The position numbers were made by a program, and so were the translations under genes. The notes under the pieces are model-generated. The model made no database searches. It saw nothing but the letters and a program-made list of their open reading frames with translations, and had not been told where the DNA came from. Positions 1 through 13,465 of a stretch of 64,000 nucleotides of DNA are shown here, in pieces; within the stretch, counting starts at the first letter, position 1; each line of letters opens with the position of its first letter. The DNA comes from Glycera tridactyla. Lineage: Eukaryota. Location: positions 50,406,001 to 50,470,000 of the forward strand of contig OZ286471.1 of assembly GCA_965644265.1 (NCBI GenBank). The letters run 5' to 3'.

Positions 1-3000
1 GCAAGATTCAGCACAGAGTTCTTTATTAAGACTCTCTCTTTAAACAATATATATCAGTCTGTAAACTATGATTTTTTGCCAGTTAGCTACGGCTAATCGC
101 GCAAGTTATGCATGTTTTTTCACCCTGTCTTCCCGACACACATATAAGGCACCTGCTCGTTCGAAACACAAAAGTCTATTATGCATACAGATTACAGCAG
201 GTTCCAAATGATAAATGCAGGTCAATCCAATGATCCACATGGATGAGATGTTAACGACGATAATCCACAAAATCTCATCATGTCTAAGACAGTCTATTGA
301 GGTGATTTGACGAACAATTAGACACAGGGAGGTCCCTTAAATTGTCAGTACTTTTAGTAATGGACTCCCTTATCGCGTCATGATGCGATTTCCCATGCAA
401 CCGGATCCACTTCCACAGGCTGATATGACTAATAGACTGATAACTATGAGGGATGGAGAGCTTGAGTGATCCTCATAGCTCATGAATCAGCTCAATTTAG
501 ACCCATGGTAAAGATTTATGAGTCATGAACAGTCAAGATGATGGACACATACCCAGGCACTTGAGCCTTCATTCATTTACAGTAAGATGTTTTGTGGTAG
601 AATACAGTGATGCTGATGTCAACATGTTAGTTCAAAAGAGATATCCATGGGTTCTAGGAGTTCAGTTTCCCTGCGAATGCCCCGCGGCGCTAGATTTGAG
701 AAGCCACATTCTGGACTGGCATTGAATAGCAATCATCTATCACACAGATAAATTCCACTCTCCAACACCTGGACACATGGATGACCTTCACAGGAATTTT
801 CATATTTATGTTTACATGCGCAGTCAGGCTTGAACTTCCATTGGCTACTAACCTGGGATTTGAATGGTTTTTACATCCTGCTTCAGTTTTGCCAGAAGAG
901 CACAGTGACTGACACACTGTGTGGTCTACCAGCGTTTTGATGATGCACTTCACTAATTGGATGAATTAGCTATATGCAGGGATCAAAAATTGGCGTTGAC
1001 ATGTTCAAGCACTTGTCAACCATATACTAGACGTATGTGTAAAGGGATTGAAGCATGAATATATGTTGACTGATTCTCAAACATTTTTCACTGTCCACTG
1101 AAGAAGTTACAGAACGAGTAGAAATACCAAATAAAGAATTAATACGCAATAATCCTCACAAATGGATCTGCCTCGATATTGTTTGAGCAAGCATCGACAA
1201 AATCCACCTGAAGTTGGAATGGCAAACACGGAGGATTATCAACAACTGAAAAAGCAGCAAAATAGATTCTGGGGAATTTTTTTTTACCAGCAAAATTCTG
1301 AGGAACTTTCAAAGACATTTTATGCTGACGGAAAAACCTGCGAAAAACACAAAGTATGGTCATTGAAATACCTACATCATCCTACAGTTTGTTACATGCC
1401 ATCAAACGTCAAATAATCAATCACATTTTCTGCCGAATTGGCTGACAGGAAATTCAGACATGATCAATCTCAACATTTGGAGAACTAAGAATTGTGGTCA
1501 TTGACCAAAACTTAATACATTTGACACCATCAACACTGGTCAAATCTGCACATCCAGGAAAACACGTATCCAATTGGTTGAACGTGGGATAGCACGCTCT
1601 GTTCGGATCCTGTAGGGTGAGATAATTTAAGGATGATATGGTCAGAAAAGAGAGACGATAGGCATGTGATATTTCTGGTTCTTCAAGTATGTAAGTCATG
1701 GATGTAAGGACCAATATCTCCCACTGGAGAGATCACTTGCTGATGTCTCTCACCAACGACCAAAACCAACCCATTTGGTCGCTATGACCTTAAAGCAACC
1801 CGACTTGTTGGATGGTAATGTTACCCAACTGGCACTACGCGTCTGGTATACATCTCTCGGTCTGATCCATCGTATCTTTCACCTGTGTAAGATAGATATG
1901 ACCAACAGCCACCAGAGCCATACGGGGCTTGGGTATGAGAAGGAAATGTGCCATTTCGTGGTGAACGTTTCTAATAATGTAGGCAATTAGGAGAGAAACC
2001 TACTTAGTAGATCTTGGAATACTTGCCAGCCATTGTGTCTAACAACTCTGTCTCATCATTAAGATGCAGTGTAATATATCGGGTCACAATAATATACACT
2101 ATTCACATAGATATTGATGACCCAGATGACCATCACATTCTGAGCATATGGGCGGTCGAATCCCTGATATAAAATGCGTGTAGGAAGCACCTACGGATCT
2201 GATTGTTGGAAGTTGATAATATTGAAGATGTGATGAGACGGATTCAGCCATTTCTCAATGGGGAGAGGTGATCATTCTCACAAAATGCCTATATCTGTCA
2301 CGTATAACATGTAAAATTTGACATTTATGGAGGAATGTACACACATCATGTACACACATTACAAAGTATCGCAGGATTTGTTCGCTCTGTTTGCTGGTTG
2401 AGGTTCAGTATCATCAAACTGATGATCTATATATGGTGTTTGTTCCTTGGGTACCACATCTGCAGGCATCACAACTCCTGATGAAGAACTGAAGACGTAA
2501 GAGGGTACAAGTATTTGATAGTTTGAACAACTCCTCATACTTCCAAGATCAGTTTCATTTCTATATGACTGTCTTGAGGTTCGGATTTGGGAGTGATTCT
2601 ATCATTTCTCCATAGTGACTAGAATAAAACTCAAACCCTCAAACCCCTTGTGCTCAGTAGCGAATCAATGTAATCAGTGGATAGTAATCTACCGATATGA
2701 GAGAAGTCCGTATCAGTAGCTCTCTAGTGATATTGATATAATACAGCTGGTTCTAACATCACGGAAATAAAGTGCGGTGAGGCTGATGTCCGGATACATG
2801 TTCAATTCACAGCCTGCATGAGCTCATATGTTTGTAAAACAGTCATCATGGCGTTGAAGGATAGTCCTGATACAGAAAAAGGATTTGTAGAAAGACCACA
2901 CGACGAGGGCCGAATACTGGAGACATCTCTTACTCTGCAAATTTCTCTATCCCGTATATTTAAATTCACTTTCGTCGATAACACCATAGTTCAACATCCA

Positions 3001-3341
3001 AAGTTATGGTGCAAATTGCATCCGATGTCAGTTGGAAATATCGTACATGCTACACATCATTTTTATGTCGTATCTAAGGATTTGATGCAATTCAGTATCC
3101 ATGCTCGGGCAGATTGGATCTGTCTACCAAAGATTTGAGAGGTCGTTGGAGTCCGCTGGCATCATACATCATGTAGTGTTATTATGCCAGAGCTCACCAC
3201 GTCCCAGAGGTCAAATAATCTCCATATTTTTCACAAGACCAGCTATAAGAATCGTAGTTATCCTATGTTTTGGATGGTTTCAGTGCTGAATGTGAATTAA
3301 CATAGAAGACGTATGTGAATGTACACACAACTCACGTGGAA

Positions 3342-3407
3342 ATAATGTGATACGGTAACATTTGTGATGAGGTTATAATGTGATACGGTAACATTTGTGA
3401 TGAGGTT
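3342..3407. repeat. 33-bp tandem duplication
   Basis: ataatgtgatacggtaacatttgtgatgaggtt x2. Confidence 0.9.
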
Positions 3408-3822
3408 AGGCACTACTCCGGATTCGCGGGAATAAGCACACCCACTCAGGTTGGAGGTAACAAATATGAGCAATTGATTGGGTTTCTAACACAACGAGAG
3501 TGCTGGTCGAATGTCATGGGCAAAAGCAACGAATCTTGTAGGTACTAGTGAGTTCCACCTCAGCTCATCTGATATGTAGCTCTACACTTTTGAGACTATG
3601 AATCATGAATGCTTGAAATGTGACCTAATTCTACATGACCAATTTATATGGAGAGGCCAGGGAATCATACATCAAACATAGAAATTTAGTTGTGATGTTT
3701 TTAGGAAATTCTGAGAAGGTTTGCAGATGAGCATCGTGAATATCAAGATAGGACCATTTATGTACAACAGATATGTGATAATTCTACATTTAGGAGCCTA
3801 CATATGTATTTCGAGATAAGCA

Positions 3823-3825
<3 letters not shown>

Positions 3826-3887
<62 letters not shown>

Positions 3888-3901
3888 TTATATATATATA
3901 T
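3826..3901. repeat. (TA)n microsatellite
   Basis: Direct reading. Confidence 0.95.
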
Positions 3902-6223
3902 GTATCTCTCTGCCGAGTGAGGATGATAGATGACACCTGGGTATCACATGAGATCATCAATCATGGTCCAAGTTGACAATCCCTGCATTCTGATTGCATC
4001 ATATGTTGTGTACATTTTATAGCCCTCTTACCGCAGCAGCAGCGGTATATCAACATAGATCGTCTCATTAAATCACGTTCAATCTTCATATTCTGCACGA
4101 TGTGTGAGTGCATGCCACGCTGGTTGATTCCGAGTAAATGACAAATGGTGTGGTTTTCGTTTTGGGTCAGTATAATGCATACAAGCAGACAAGTACACGT
4201 TTCGAACAAAATGTATATTCACGCTTCATTTCAAGCTACATCACTCATCTCTCGTTGTTCAAAAATGATGGAGGTATCATACAATGGATGTAGATGCAAG
4301 TATGTACGAGCATACTGTTTCTTCCAGTAAATCAGAATTGAAATCAATGTATTGATTGTCGGTTAATGATCACTTTCTGACCAAAATAGGTTATCATTAC
4401 ATCACAAGGGAGTATTCAAATAGGCTGTTTGTACCGGGAATTACTCCGGTGGGAGTGGATCCTTAAAATCAGTGATCATTTTATATTGCATATGCATGAT
4501 GCTGATTCAACAGTAATTAGTAAATGATGATTTCCGGCTCCTCATCTCAGTCCTACCTATCTTGTCACGAATCTTTTATCTTCATGTCATCATAGAAACC
4601 CCCTAATTACTCGTCATCATAATTTTGCTCCATCAAAGAAGCAGAATCGGAAGATACGTCGAACAGAGCACCTGATGATGCCTTTCGACTCTGCTTTTAT
4701 AAGGTTCAATACTCATCCCACAAGACATTGGGGAATCGTTGGAATGCTATCTTTCTATTTTTTCATTATTGTTGGGGCGTGAAGAAGAAAAGAAATCCTG
4801 GATTCCTCCGTTAGTGTTCAGAATGAGTGGAGATGTAACCATCGAATTACGGATATACCTCACTTCGCCGAAAAAAAGAACGTCCCTCGAGTTCATCAGG
4901 TTAATCTGGATTTTGACGAATTTGGAATATGTGCCTATTGAAGGATCTGGTCGATTTAGGCACACTTTCATGATCAAGATCGACGAACAGGACCTAGTCA
5001 GCGTCGTCTATAATCCGTCACTCATGCCAAATGCAGCATGATAAATCATCGTCTTAACTCATTTGACGTGTTCGATTCTGTTTTCCGAATTCCAAGGAAA
5101 GAGTTCTCAGTTGGACTATTGGCAATCCCGGCTTCACAGTTTTTTGGACCAGTGCTGACATCGGTGCGTTCACTGCATGTATCCAAGGAGATCTGTGTCG
5201 ATTACTAAATAATTTCTTATGATAAAATATATTGCTTCTCTTCATCGGTACTGAGGCTATATCAATTTCTCAGCATCACATCACCAAGCGAACAGAGGGT
5301 AGATCTGAGTAATACGAAGAATACAGATATTAGTGAGAACAATGATATTCTATGTCAACAATATCAGATGAATCTAATAGTGTCTGCGGGACCAAAAGGA
5401 CCATACCTGTGATATTCGCCGCCATCTGGGCATCTGTATCCGTTTCAAGCATCTGTTACTTTGTAGAACGGCTTTTCAGCGCCTGATTGGATTGTTTACT
5501 AGCAGAAGGGCGCATACGTAATAAAACAAGGATTGTTTTCTTCCTCGTCGGGAGTTCGTGTAGAGCATATTTACACACTCTGATGAGTCGGTGTGAAAAA
5601 CCTCAGGAGCTGAAGTCTCGCCAAGTGACCGGTATTCCAATCATCAAACTATCAACAGAGGTCCGTGTGCCTTTTGGTACGGAAATGTTGTATTATATTG
5701 ACGATAGGTTGCCTAGCCGAAGATGTTAGGGCAAGAATCAACGTATTGGAACGAAGAAGGCTCAGAAAACCTCCATCTATGAGGCCTGAGATGTCTTTAA
5801 TGAATCGTCCTAGTAGGCAGAAACTTTCGGGCGGTATTTACATATCTGTAAGGCGCATACAAGACTTTTCCATCTATATGAATTGGTCTGGAACACATTG
5901 TGTAGCAAGCAAAGCCCTTCCACAAGCAACAGGATTTTGTCCATTCCTTCAGGGTATTCCATATAAATGATCCTTCCTAAGCATGAACCTGCTCTAAGCA
6001 GGAAGTTGACATCCCCTAGTTTCCCAATTAGTATTATAGTTACCACATTTATCTATACTATACTGCCATCTATACTCCCCTCCCCCACAACCCATTGCTT
6101 TCCTCGCTAAACCCTCTATGGTGCACATGATGGGATTTATTGTATCCAATGCTGAGTACTGGGAAAGTTTGTGCTAATTGATAACTGTTGGTCAATAATG
6201 GGGTTGATTGTCAATTGATAGAA

Positions 6224-7369
6224 TTAATACAGTTATGGAATCAAGTCATATTCCGATAATATATCCATATATGGTACACGTTGGGTATGACACAACAAAC
6301 CTAACAACAAACTAACCGTCTTGGTGTGAAAAACAATATCACATATGGGGGGGCACAGATGGAGCAGTATAACAGTGAACATTTCCCGTATGTATCCCCT
6401 AGCATGTCATCATCTTTCCTCCAACTCAAGTTATTTGTTCATATATCGTACTTGGACCACTTAACTTATCTGCTTATCAACCAGCTGATTGGCCGTTTGC
6501 GATACACCATCAGCTAGCATCCACATTCATTGCCACTTGAACTGTGATATCTCATCTACCTTTTCATCCTCTAGAGACTGTTGGACATTGTTCTTTGATC
6601 TATCATATTGTGTGTGAGGAATGCAATTGGTTAAAATATGACCATCTTCTTCATCGGTTGATTTGGGAAGTTCAGTCAGCTATCACCGTAGTGACATAAA
6701 GAAGCAGGTACTCTGTGGGCCAACACATTGTAGTTGACCCTGTTCTCTACCATGTACACAGTGGGACACACTCGAGTGAACGGTCTTGATGAACACTTGA
6801 CTTAATACAGTTATGGAATCAAGTCATATTCCGATAATATATCCATATCTGGTACACGTTGGGTATGACACAACAAACCTAACAACAAACTAACCTTCTT
6901 GGTGTGAAATACAATATCACATATGGGGGAGCACAGATGGAGCAGTATAACAGTGAACATTTCCCGTATGTATCCCCTAGCATGTCATCATCTTTCCTCC
7001 AACTCAAGTTATTTGTTCATATATCGTACTTGGACCACTTAACTTATCTGCTTATCAACCAGCTGATTGGCCGTTTGCGATACACCATCAGCTAGCATCC
7101 ACATTCATTGCCACTTGAACTGTGATATCTCATCTACCTTTTCATCCTCTAGAGATCTTTGATCTTTGATCTATCATATTGTGTGTGAGGAATGCAATTG
7201 GTTAAAATATGACCATCTTCTTCATCGGTTGATTTGGGAAGTTCAGTCAGTCACCGTAGTGACATAAAGAAGCAGGTACTCTGTGGGCCAACACATTGTA
7301 GTTGACCCTGTTCTCTACCATGTACACAGTGGGACACACTCGAGTGAACGGTCTTGATGAACACTTGAC
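6224..7369. repeat. Head-to-tail tandem duplication, 578-bp period
   Basis: 6224-6801 vs 6802-7369; few substitutions and small deletions; yields twin 63-aa ORFs at 6326 and 6904. Confidence 0.95.
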
Positions 7370-9129
7370 CTATCATCTCTCCATTAGACATTTGTGAGAA
7401 CGAATGATCAGGTACTCTTTTGCCTCGCGCATTGACCACTCTTCAAAAAAATGTGAAGAAACTCGTATTGTGTCACTCAGGAAGAGAATGTAGAAAAGTG
7501 ATTGGCCGAATTGGTAAAGATAGGTTACATATCTTGCAACCGGTCTGTCCTCTATCTTTATTCAGTGAAAAATATAAGCAGTGGATAATGAGACCCTCAT
7601 GCTGACGAATTACGAGATATTCTGTCACCTGTCATTTGAGAGATCATCATCTTTTTGTATTCATAGTTGAACGGAAACTTAATGAGCCACTCTAGCGAAT
7701 GTTTAATGAGGTAACCTGGGAGCAAATACTTGGCCTCTCCAACCCTCACTTGCAGATTCTGTTGAGCTAAATGACCCTTTTCAGGAGCAGGCTTGTAACA
7801 CGACATAGCGCATTAGTAAATGGTGGCCTGGCATCATTCCATGATGTGGTGAGGTATAGCTTACCAAATCGTGATCCCTGTCATCTCACTATATTTTGGA
7901 TGTAGTCTTACACTGATATGATATGATCAAGCTTTTGTATCTGGTCTAAACAACAACATGATCCGCTCTGAGCTCTTGCTCATTTTTGGTTTGTTTGTAG
8001 AATGGTCTCAAGTGTGGTTGGCCGACGGTTTGCCTGTAGCAGACGATGTGAAAAGTGGGGAACCATGCACACCATTTCCTAATTACTAGGGCTGTAACCA
8101 GGGTTAATAGCTAGAGCATGGGGTGACTATAATTGTTGAGCTGGTTCGAAGTAGACAATTCGTAATTGAGTATTCCCTCAGACCTTTTCCTGGTTTCAAG
8201 TGCTGTATTTTTCTCGAAAAGAATGCATATCCGCCAGGTTTGAGTGTCAATTTCCAGCCAGTAACATAGATAGATATGATTCCGTCAGAGGTATATCTGA
8301 ACGGCCAGGTACTTCCACTTGAGAGCCTGTCAGATTCCCATCATTTTGTGTTCAGAGTTCGTGAATAGGTGGACAGGTAGTGGGTTATTATCAGGCAGCT
8401 TCAGTCTCAGTAGCTAAAATGTGGAGCCCAGCTTCCGACAATATGACTATCCAGTTGTATACGCTCTCGGCTCAAATATTAGCCAGCAGAAAACGAACGA
8501 TACTTGACTTGACGAACAAGACTACTTTCTTGAGAGTAGGATACAATAAAAAAAGGGGTCAGCCTGAAATTTGATGATACATGGCTCAGAATCCACATCA
8601 GTGGGGCCATGACAGGCTTTTCGAGGAGCTGATGTTGTTTTGATAGATCATTTGCATGCAGAAGCAAGCATGATATATAATGCATCAGTGATCTATTTCA
8701 ACTCACCAGTACATAGGCTGTTAATGTGGACTTCATATAGTCTCTGGCCCCACTTTGAGCGGGTATCATCACAAATATATTACGTTCCTTTGCGACTACT
8801 TATTGATAAATAGTGCATATCTATCATTTCCATGTAAATGATAGATACATAAGAAACGATGATGGAAGAATATAATTGAATGACACGAGACTAAATCCCT
8901 CATGAGGCTCAATACATTCAGATGATTGAGATGTCTGTGTGAACATCACATATCTAATGCTTTTCCTTGTTTCAAGTACTGCGCTTTGCGTTAAAAAAAA
9001 GCATAGGAAACTCAGGTCTCAGAGTTAGAGTTGGTAGGGGTGTGTCTGAACCATCAGCTACTTCCACTTGACAACCTTTCGGGGAGTTCCCCATCATCTT
9101 GTGTTCAGGGTTTGTGAGAGTGATGTCTT

Positions 9130-9237
9130 CAGGGGAGAGACCATCTAGCTTTCATCAACCAGGAACACATGGCATACATAATCCTGTGGGTTGATACATG
9201 CCGTTAAGCCTCAAACAAACGAACAAACAAACAAATC
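9130..9237 (+). mobile_element. Possible SINE/LINE 3' end with (CAAA)n tail
   Basis: ...gccgttaagcctcaaacaaacgaacaaacaaacaaatc; only the tail pattern supports this. Confidence 0.25.
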
Positions 9238-11170
9238 ACATATCTATCCTTGAGCATGTTGGGTGTACATCGATCTAAATATCAATGCATTCCCTAGTTT
9301 GTAGATAAGATTTCTGGCATGGAGGAATAACCGAACTCCATATTGATCGTGATATTGACATTGGTATTGAAGCAAGAAATCGAGAGGTGTTTTCCCGATT
9401 GACTCAATTCATGTGGCGATGATCCACTCATTTCTCACCTACTTGACTCAAAAATAGCTGTCAGAACAGTGCATTAGCCGCACTAAACCTGTTCTCAGAT
9501 ATTCATTTCGCTTATATCCTTTTTGGAGAATATTCTTAGCAAATTCTTCGACGACAAGAGTATGGCCAGTGTTCATACAAATATCACTCTTAGCGATATG
9601 GTCGTCACATCTCTTATCACCATGGATGATCTTTGTGTTATATCGTTGTGTCTCACTACCTCGAGAATTGCTTATAGTCCATCAATTGAACAAGCGAAAT
9701 CACCGGCACATCATTCTTCATGTATCTCCATTACCGATTGCCCGAAGATAATGCTTGATGGGAGCGGCCATTGGTGGCTCCAACTAGTCCTGTTCTATAG
9801 GTGCTTAACTCTGTTGGTAGCCTGAGATGATTCACTCGATAACAATCGGTCTTGCTAGAATGTACCTTCTTAGACGATCTTGACTGATACGTGTAATTCA
9901 GCTATGTCACACTGTTAAACCCTTCTCGATTCTGACCTTCCTGATTGCTGCTGTTACATCAATAGATATACGAGAGAAAATATATCGGTGAGGTTCAACT
10001 CTCCACTCGTGAATGGAGCTCAAGTCATCCAGTATGGTGCTTGCATTACGTGGATGATTTTGCCGACCCAACCACTCAACAATTTTTACTGAACGATTGA
10101 ACCGCAGTGCTCCCATGTGCAGGGTATCTCGCAAATCTGTGGCCTCGTTTCATTTAGAGAGCCGTATGCAAAAATAAACTGGGACTGTCAGGAAATAATG
10201 GTTGCCATTTTGATGTGGAGAAGTAACTATGCCAGTTTTCTCCACTACAATTTCGATTTCGAAGCCCTCGGAAAAGGATAGTGCAGCCTCAAATTTCTAC
10301 ATGGCATTGGTCTATTGCAGTGATATTTTTCATCGATAAACTAGGGTAGTAGTGCATACCTTTGTTCATGTTTGAAGCTGAGCATGAAGGGTGGGATCGT
10401 GGGTGTAGACTATTCAGACAGTCCAAATCCTGGTGTGGCTATATATGACATACAAACTGGCTATCGCACTACCCTCGCATTGTGAACCATTTAGCTTCAT
10501 TGCAATTTGAAAAGGTCAGACACGAGCACAACACCCGCCATACCGTCAACCTTTCAAAATTGAAGAGGTCCACAACAATTGAATGGAAACTCGCAAATAA
10601 AACCAATGACAGTGATGGCAATCAGGAATACCTGTACATGTGCATGGTGAGATACAATCTGTCAATCTGTCAACTCAAGAACCCTACGTTTGGGTGCGCA
10701 GGAGGATACTTGAATGATCGCACCAATGCATATTGCTTCTGGAAATGACCTCCATGATGCTCATCAGCCGGAGAAGAAATAGACAGCCAAATAGTGAGAC
10801 GAACAGTCAATCACGAATCAAACTATCCTACGAAAGAGTGGAGTTGAGCTCATAGAGATAAACCAGATGGCAGGACAAGTAATATAATCCTCTCAGAGTG
10901 AGCCTGGGACATATCACAAAGATGTTCGAAACGGTGTTACACATTTCACATAGACCCACATGAATCTCCATATCAGATGAGACGCTTGCCATCTTCATTA
11001 TAGCGGATGGGCTTTCTCGAGTGAAGCTCTTTCAAAATAGATGATAGGCGACCTTCAGAAGGACTCCTATCAGTAGCGAGCTCTATCTGGGTACACAAAC
11101 ATTTGGGTTTTGGTGATCGAATTAGTATATGTGAAACCTGATATCATATGGTCCACCTCGGAAAGATCTC

Positions 11171-11400
11171 GATAAGAATAAGATAAGATAAGAAATGTTT
11201 TTAATGCATAAGTGATCAAACACATTTACAATTGACCCCGAAAGGTCATATTATACGCTCATGCAAACTTCAATCATGAATACCAATATATCAGGTCTAC
11301 CAGGGAATTTACATTATGACTGCGGTCGGCATCTATACATGTTCTTTCACACTTGCATTCACGCACACATTCCAACACATCTATCCCGTTTTGATTTTAA
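11171..11400 (-). mobile_element. Probable orphan LINE/SINE 3' end
   Basis: (TCTTA)n-like tail on the minus strand at 11171-11192, preceded by ATTAAA and a tgacc-tttc-ggggtca hairpin ~40 nt upstream. Confidence 0.4.
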
Positions 11401-12067
11401 TGGTGAATGAATATGCGTAAAACGTATATGTACATATGAAGGAAAACATTAACTAAATTCATCAGACTAAATTCATCCGAGTAGCAATAGAACGTAGAGG
11501 TCAGTCTAGGGAGACTGGCTGCATAAACAAATTGTTTCATCCATCAATGGGTATATAGTGATTTGCCAGGCCATAGAGGCGTTTTCCTTCATTGAATCGA
11601 CTATGGAAACATTAAAAGTACGAGTGTCTCCCAGGTTTTTCTATATCTATCACAATATCCATGAATGACATATTGGGAAGTAAGGAGCATATATAGGTTG
11701 GCGGTTCGGGTGGTCCGCTTTATTATTATGTATCCGCCTAGAGTATTGCGTATGCCACGTGTTGCAGGTCTAATGGATTCTGCACGCCTTCGGGAGATGG
11801 ACTCACGCAGCGCAACATATATTCGGAATAATTAATCATGAAGAGTACTAATTGGACCACACTAATTATACGTGACGCTTCTTATAGCTAGCATGATCTG
11901 AATATCTACACACACTCACCCACACACACCAACACACACCCACATACCCCCTCCCTCCATACACACGGAGATGAACATAGGTATACACGCACGCAGTGAT
12001 GTGCGGATGCCTTCATAGCTCAGATTACCCGAATAGGCCCATTGGCTCTGGTTTGATATATTGTCTC

Positions 12068-12191
12068 AGCAGGCTTTTCTGAGGTTTTGATGCATACATG
12101 CGGGGTGCGTGTGCGCGCGCGTGTGTGTGTGTGTGTGTCTGCTTAGCAGGCTTTTCTGAGGTTTTGATGCATACATGCGGGGTGCGTGTGC

Positions 12192-12222
<31 letters not shown>

Positions 12223-12232
12223 TGTGTGTGTC
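12068..12232. repeat. ~77-bp tandem duplication containing (GC)n/(GT)n
   Basis: agcaggcttttctgaggttttgatgcatacatgcggggtgcgtgtg(cg)n(tg)n at 12068 and 12145. Confidence 0.9.
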
Positions 12233-13439
12233 TGAGTCGGGGTGTGAGCCAGGGTGTGTATTTCAATTTTCAAGGGAATGAGGAGACATTATCATGACAG
12301 ATTAGTGGATCGTAGCTTGAACATTCATGGAACGTGACAAAATACGTTAAGAAACCCATCGAGATGAGCTGAGTCATAAAGAAGTTCGATTAATAACGAT
12401 ACATCAAGTAAAAACTCCCATTGTGAAATTGCAACTTCATCATTTTCATGCAACTACCTTGGTTCACTTGATATCCAGTGGTGTGAAGGGCATCGCTTCT
12501 TTTCCGTAAAATCACGTAATTGCGCAACTAATTTGAAATGCTGTGCAGGTTTTCCGAGTAATTAGAAACTAAATCTGGTTTACCTGTTGAAATTAGAAAA
12601 TTAATTAGGTGTGATATGCTTAAAAAATACGCGTGATGCTCTGCTCTGCAGTTGGCTGAAAAATAGGTAATGGTTGAGAGAGTTTGCATTTGAACCAAGC
12701 CAGAATTCCATATCTTAGATGGAGTTGCACTCCTCGTCCGTGTGATAGTTACCATAGTGGCGATAAAAGTGATTACACTTGTATATCAGTGTTTTATACC
12801 TGTATACATGTATCAGTGTCTTATACCTGTATACCTGCAAAAGGTTTTCAAATCAAATCAAAATACCTGTATGTAGATGTCAAATGATATATATTCATTG
12901 TGAACCATAGCCACATCGGGACTTTGAATGTAATTGTGAATGAAACGGAGGATCAAAATTGGTGTCAGAATCAGGAATATCAATGTAGGATGACGTATCA
13001 TGATGGGTCGCGAATTGATGAACATCGAAGTGTCAGTGTCGGAATTCGATGCAGATTGCATGAAACGAGGAACATTGTACCGCCAGCTTCTCGGATCCCA
13101 ATACAGATTGCAGATGGATATTGCTATTGTCTCAGGTGATTGTCTTCATACTCTTAGATTGAAACACAGTGGCTTCAGTGCCTGTAGGTGGATATAGAAT
13201 AGGACTAGTAAGAACCACCAATGACCACTTGCAAGGAGCATTATTTTCGGGCAATCGGCAATAGAGCTACATCGAAAAAGATACGCTGGTGATTCCTATT
13301 ATTCAGTTGATGGACAGAGCAATAGATGGCAATCGGATGTTAAGCTTTTAGATATGGGTATCAAAGTCGTGAATCATGATTTAGATGAGATGGGTACAGT
13401 GCTGGAAACAACACCTTCAGATATGAATATAGTGGTCGG

Positions 13440-13465
13440 TTGTTGGTTGGTTGGTTGGTTGGATG
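13440..13465. repeat. (GTTG)n microsatellite
   Basis: Direct reading. Confidence 0.8.

Noticed and set aside
6326-7095. Twin 63-aa ORFs MK(N/Y)NITYGGAQ...
   Set aside because: Products of the 578-bp duplication; no recognisable homology or coding signal.
7590-10140. Faint RT-like peptide echoes on the minus strand (e.g. LEWLIKF ~7700, KWKYLAVQI ~8310, ILDDLSSIHEW ~10030)
   Set aside because: Too degenerate to assign by eye; would need tblastx/HMM against LINE RTs.
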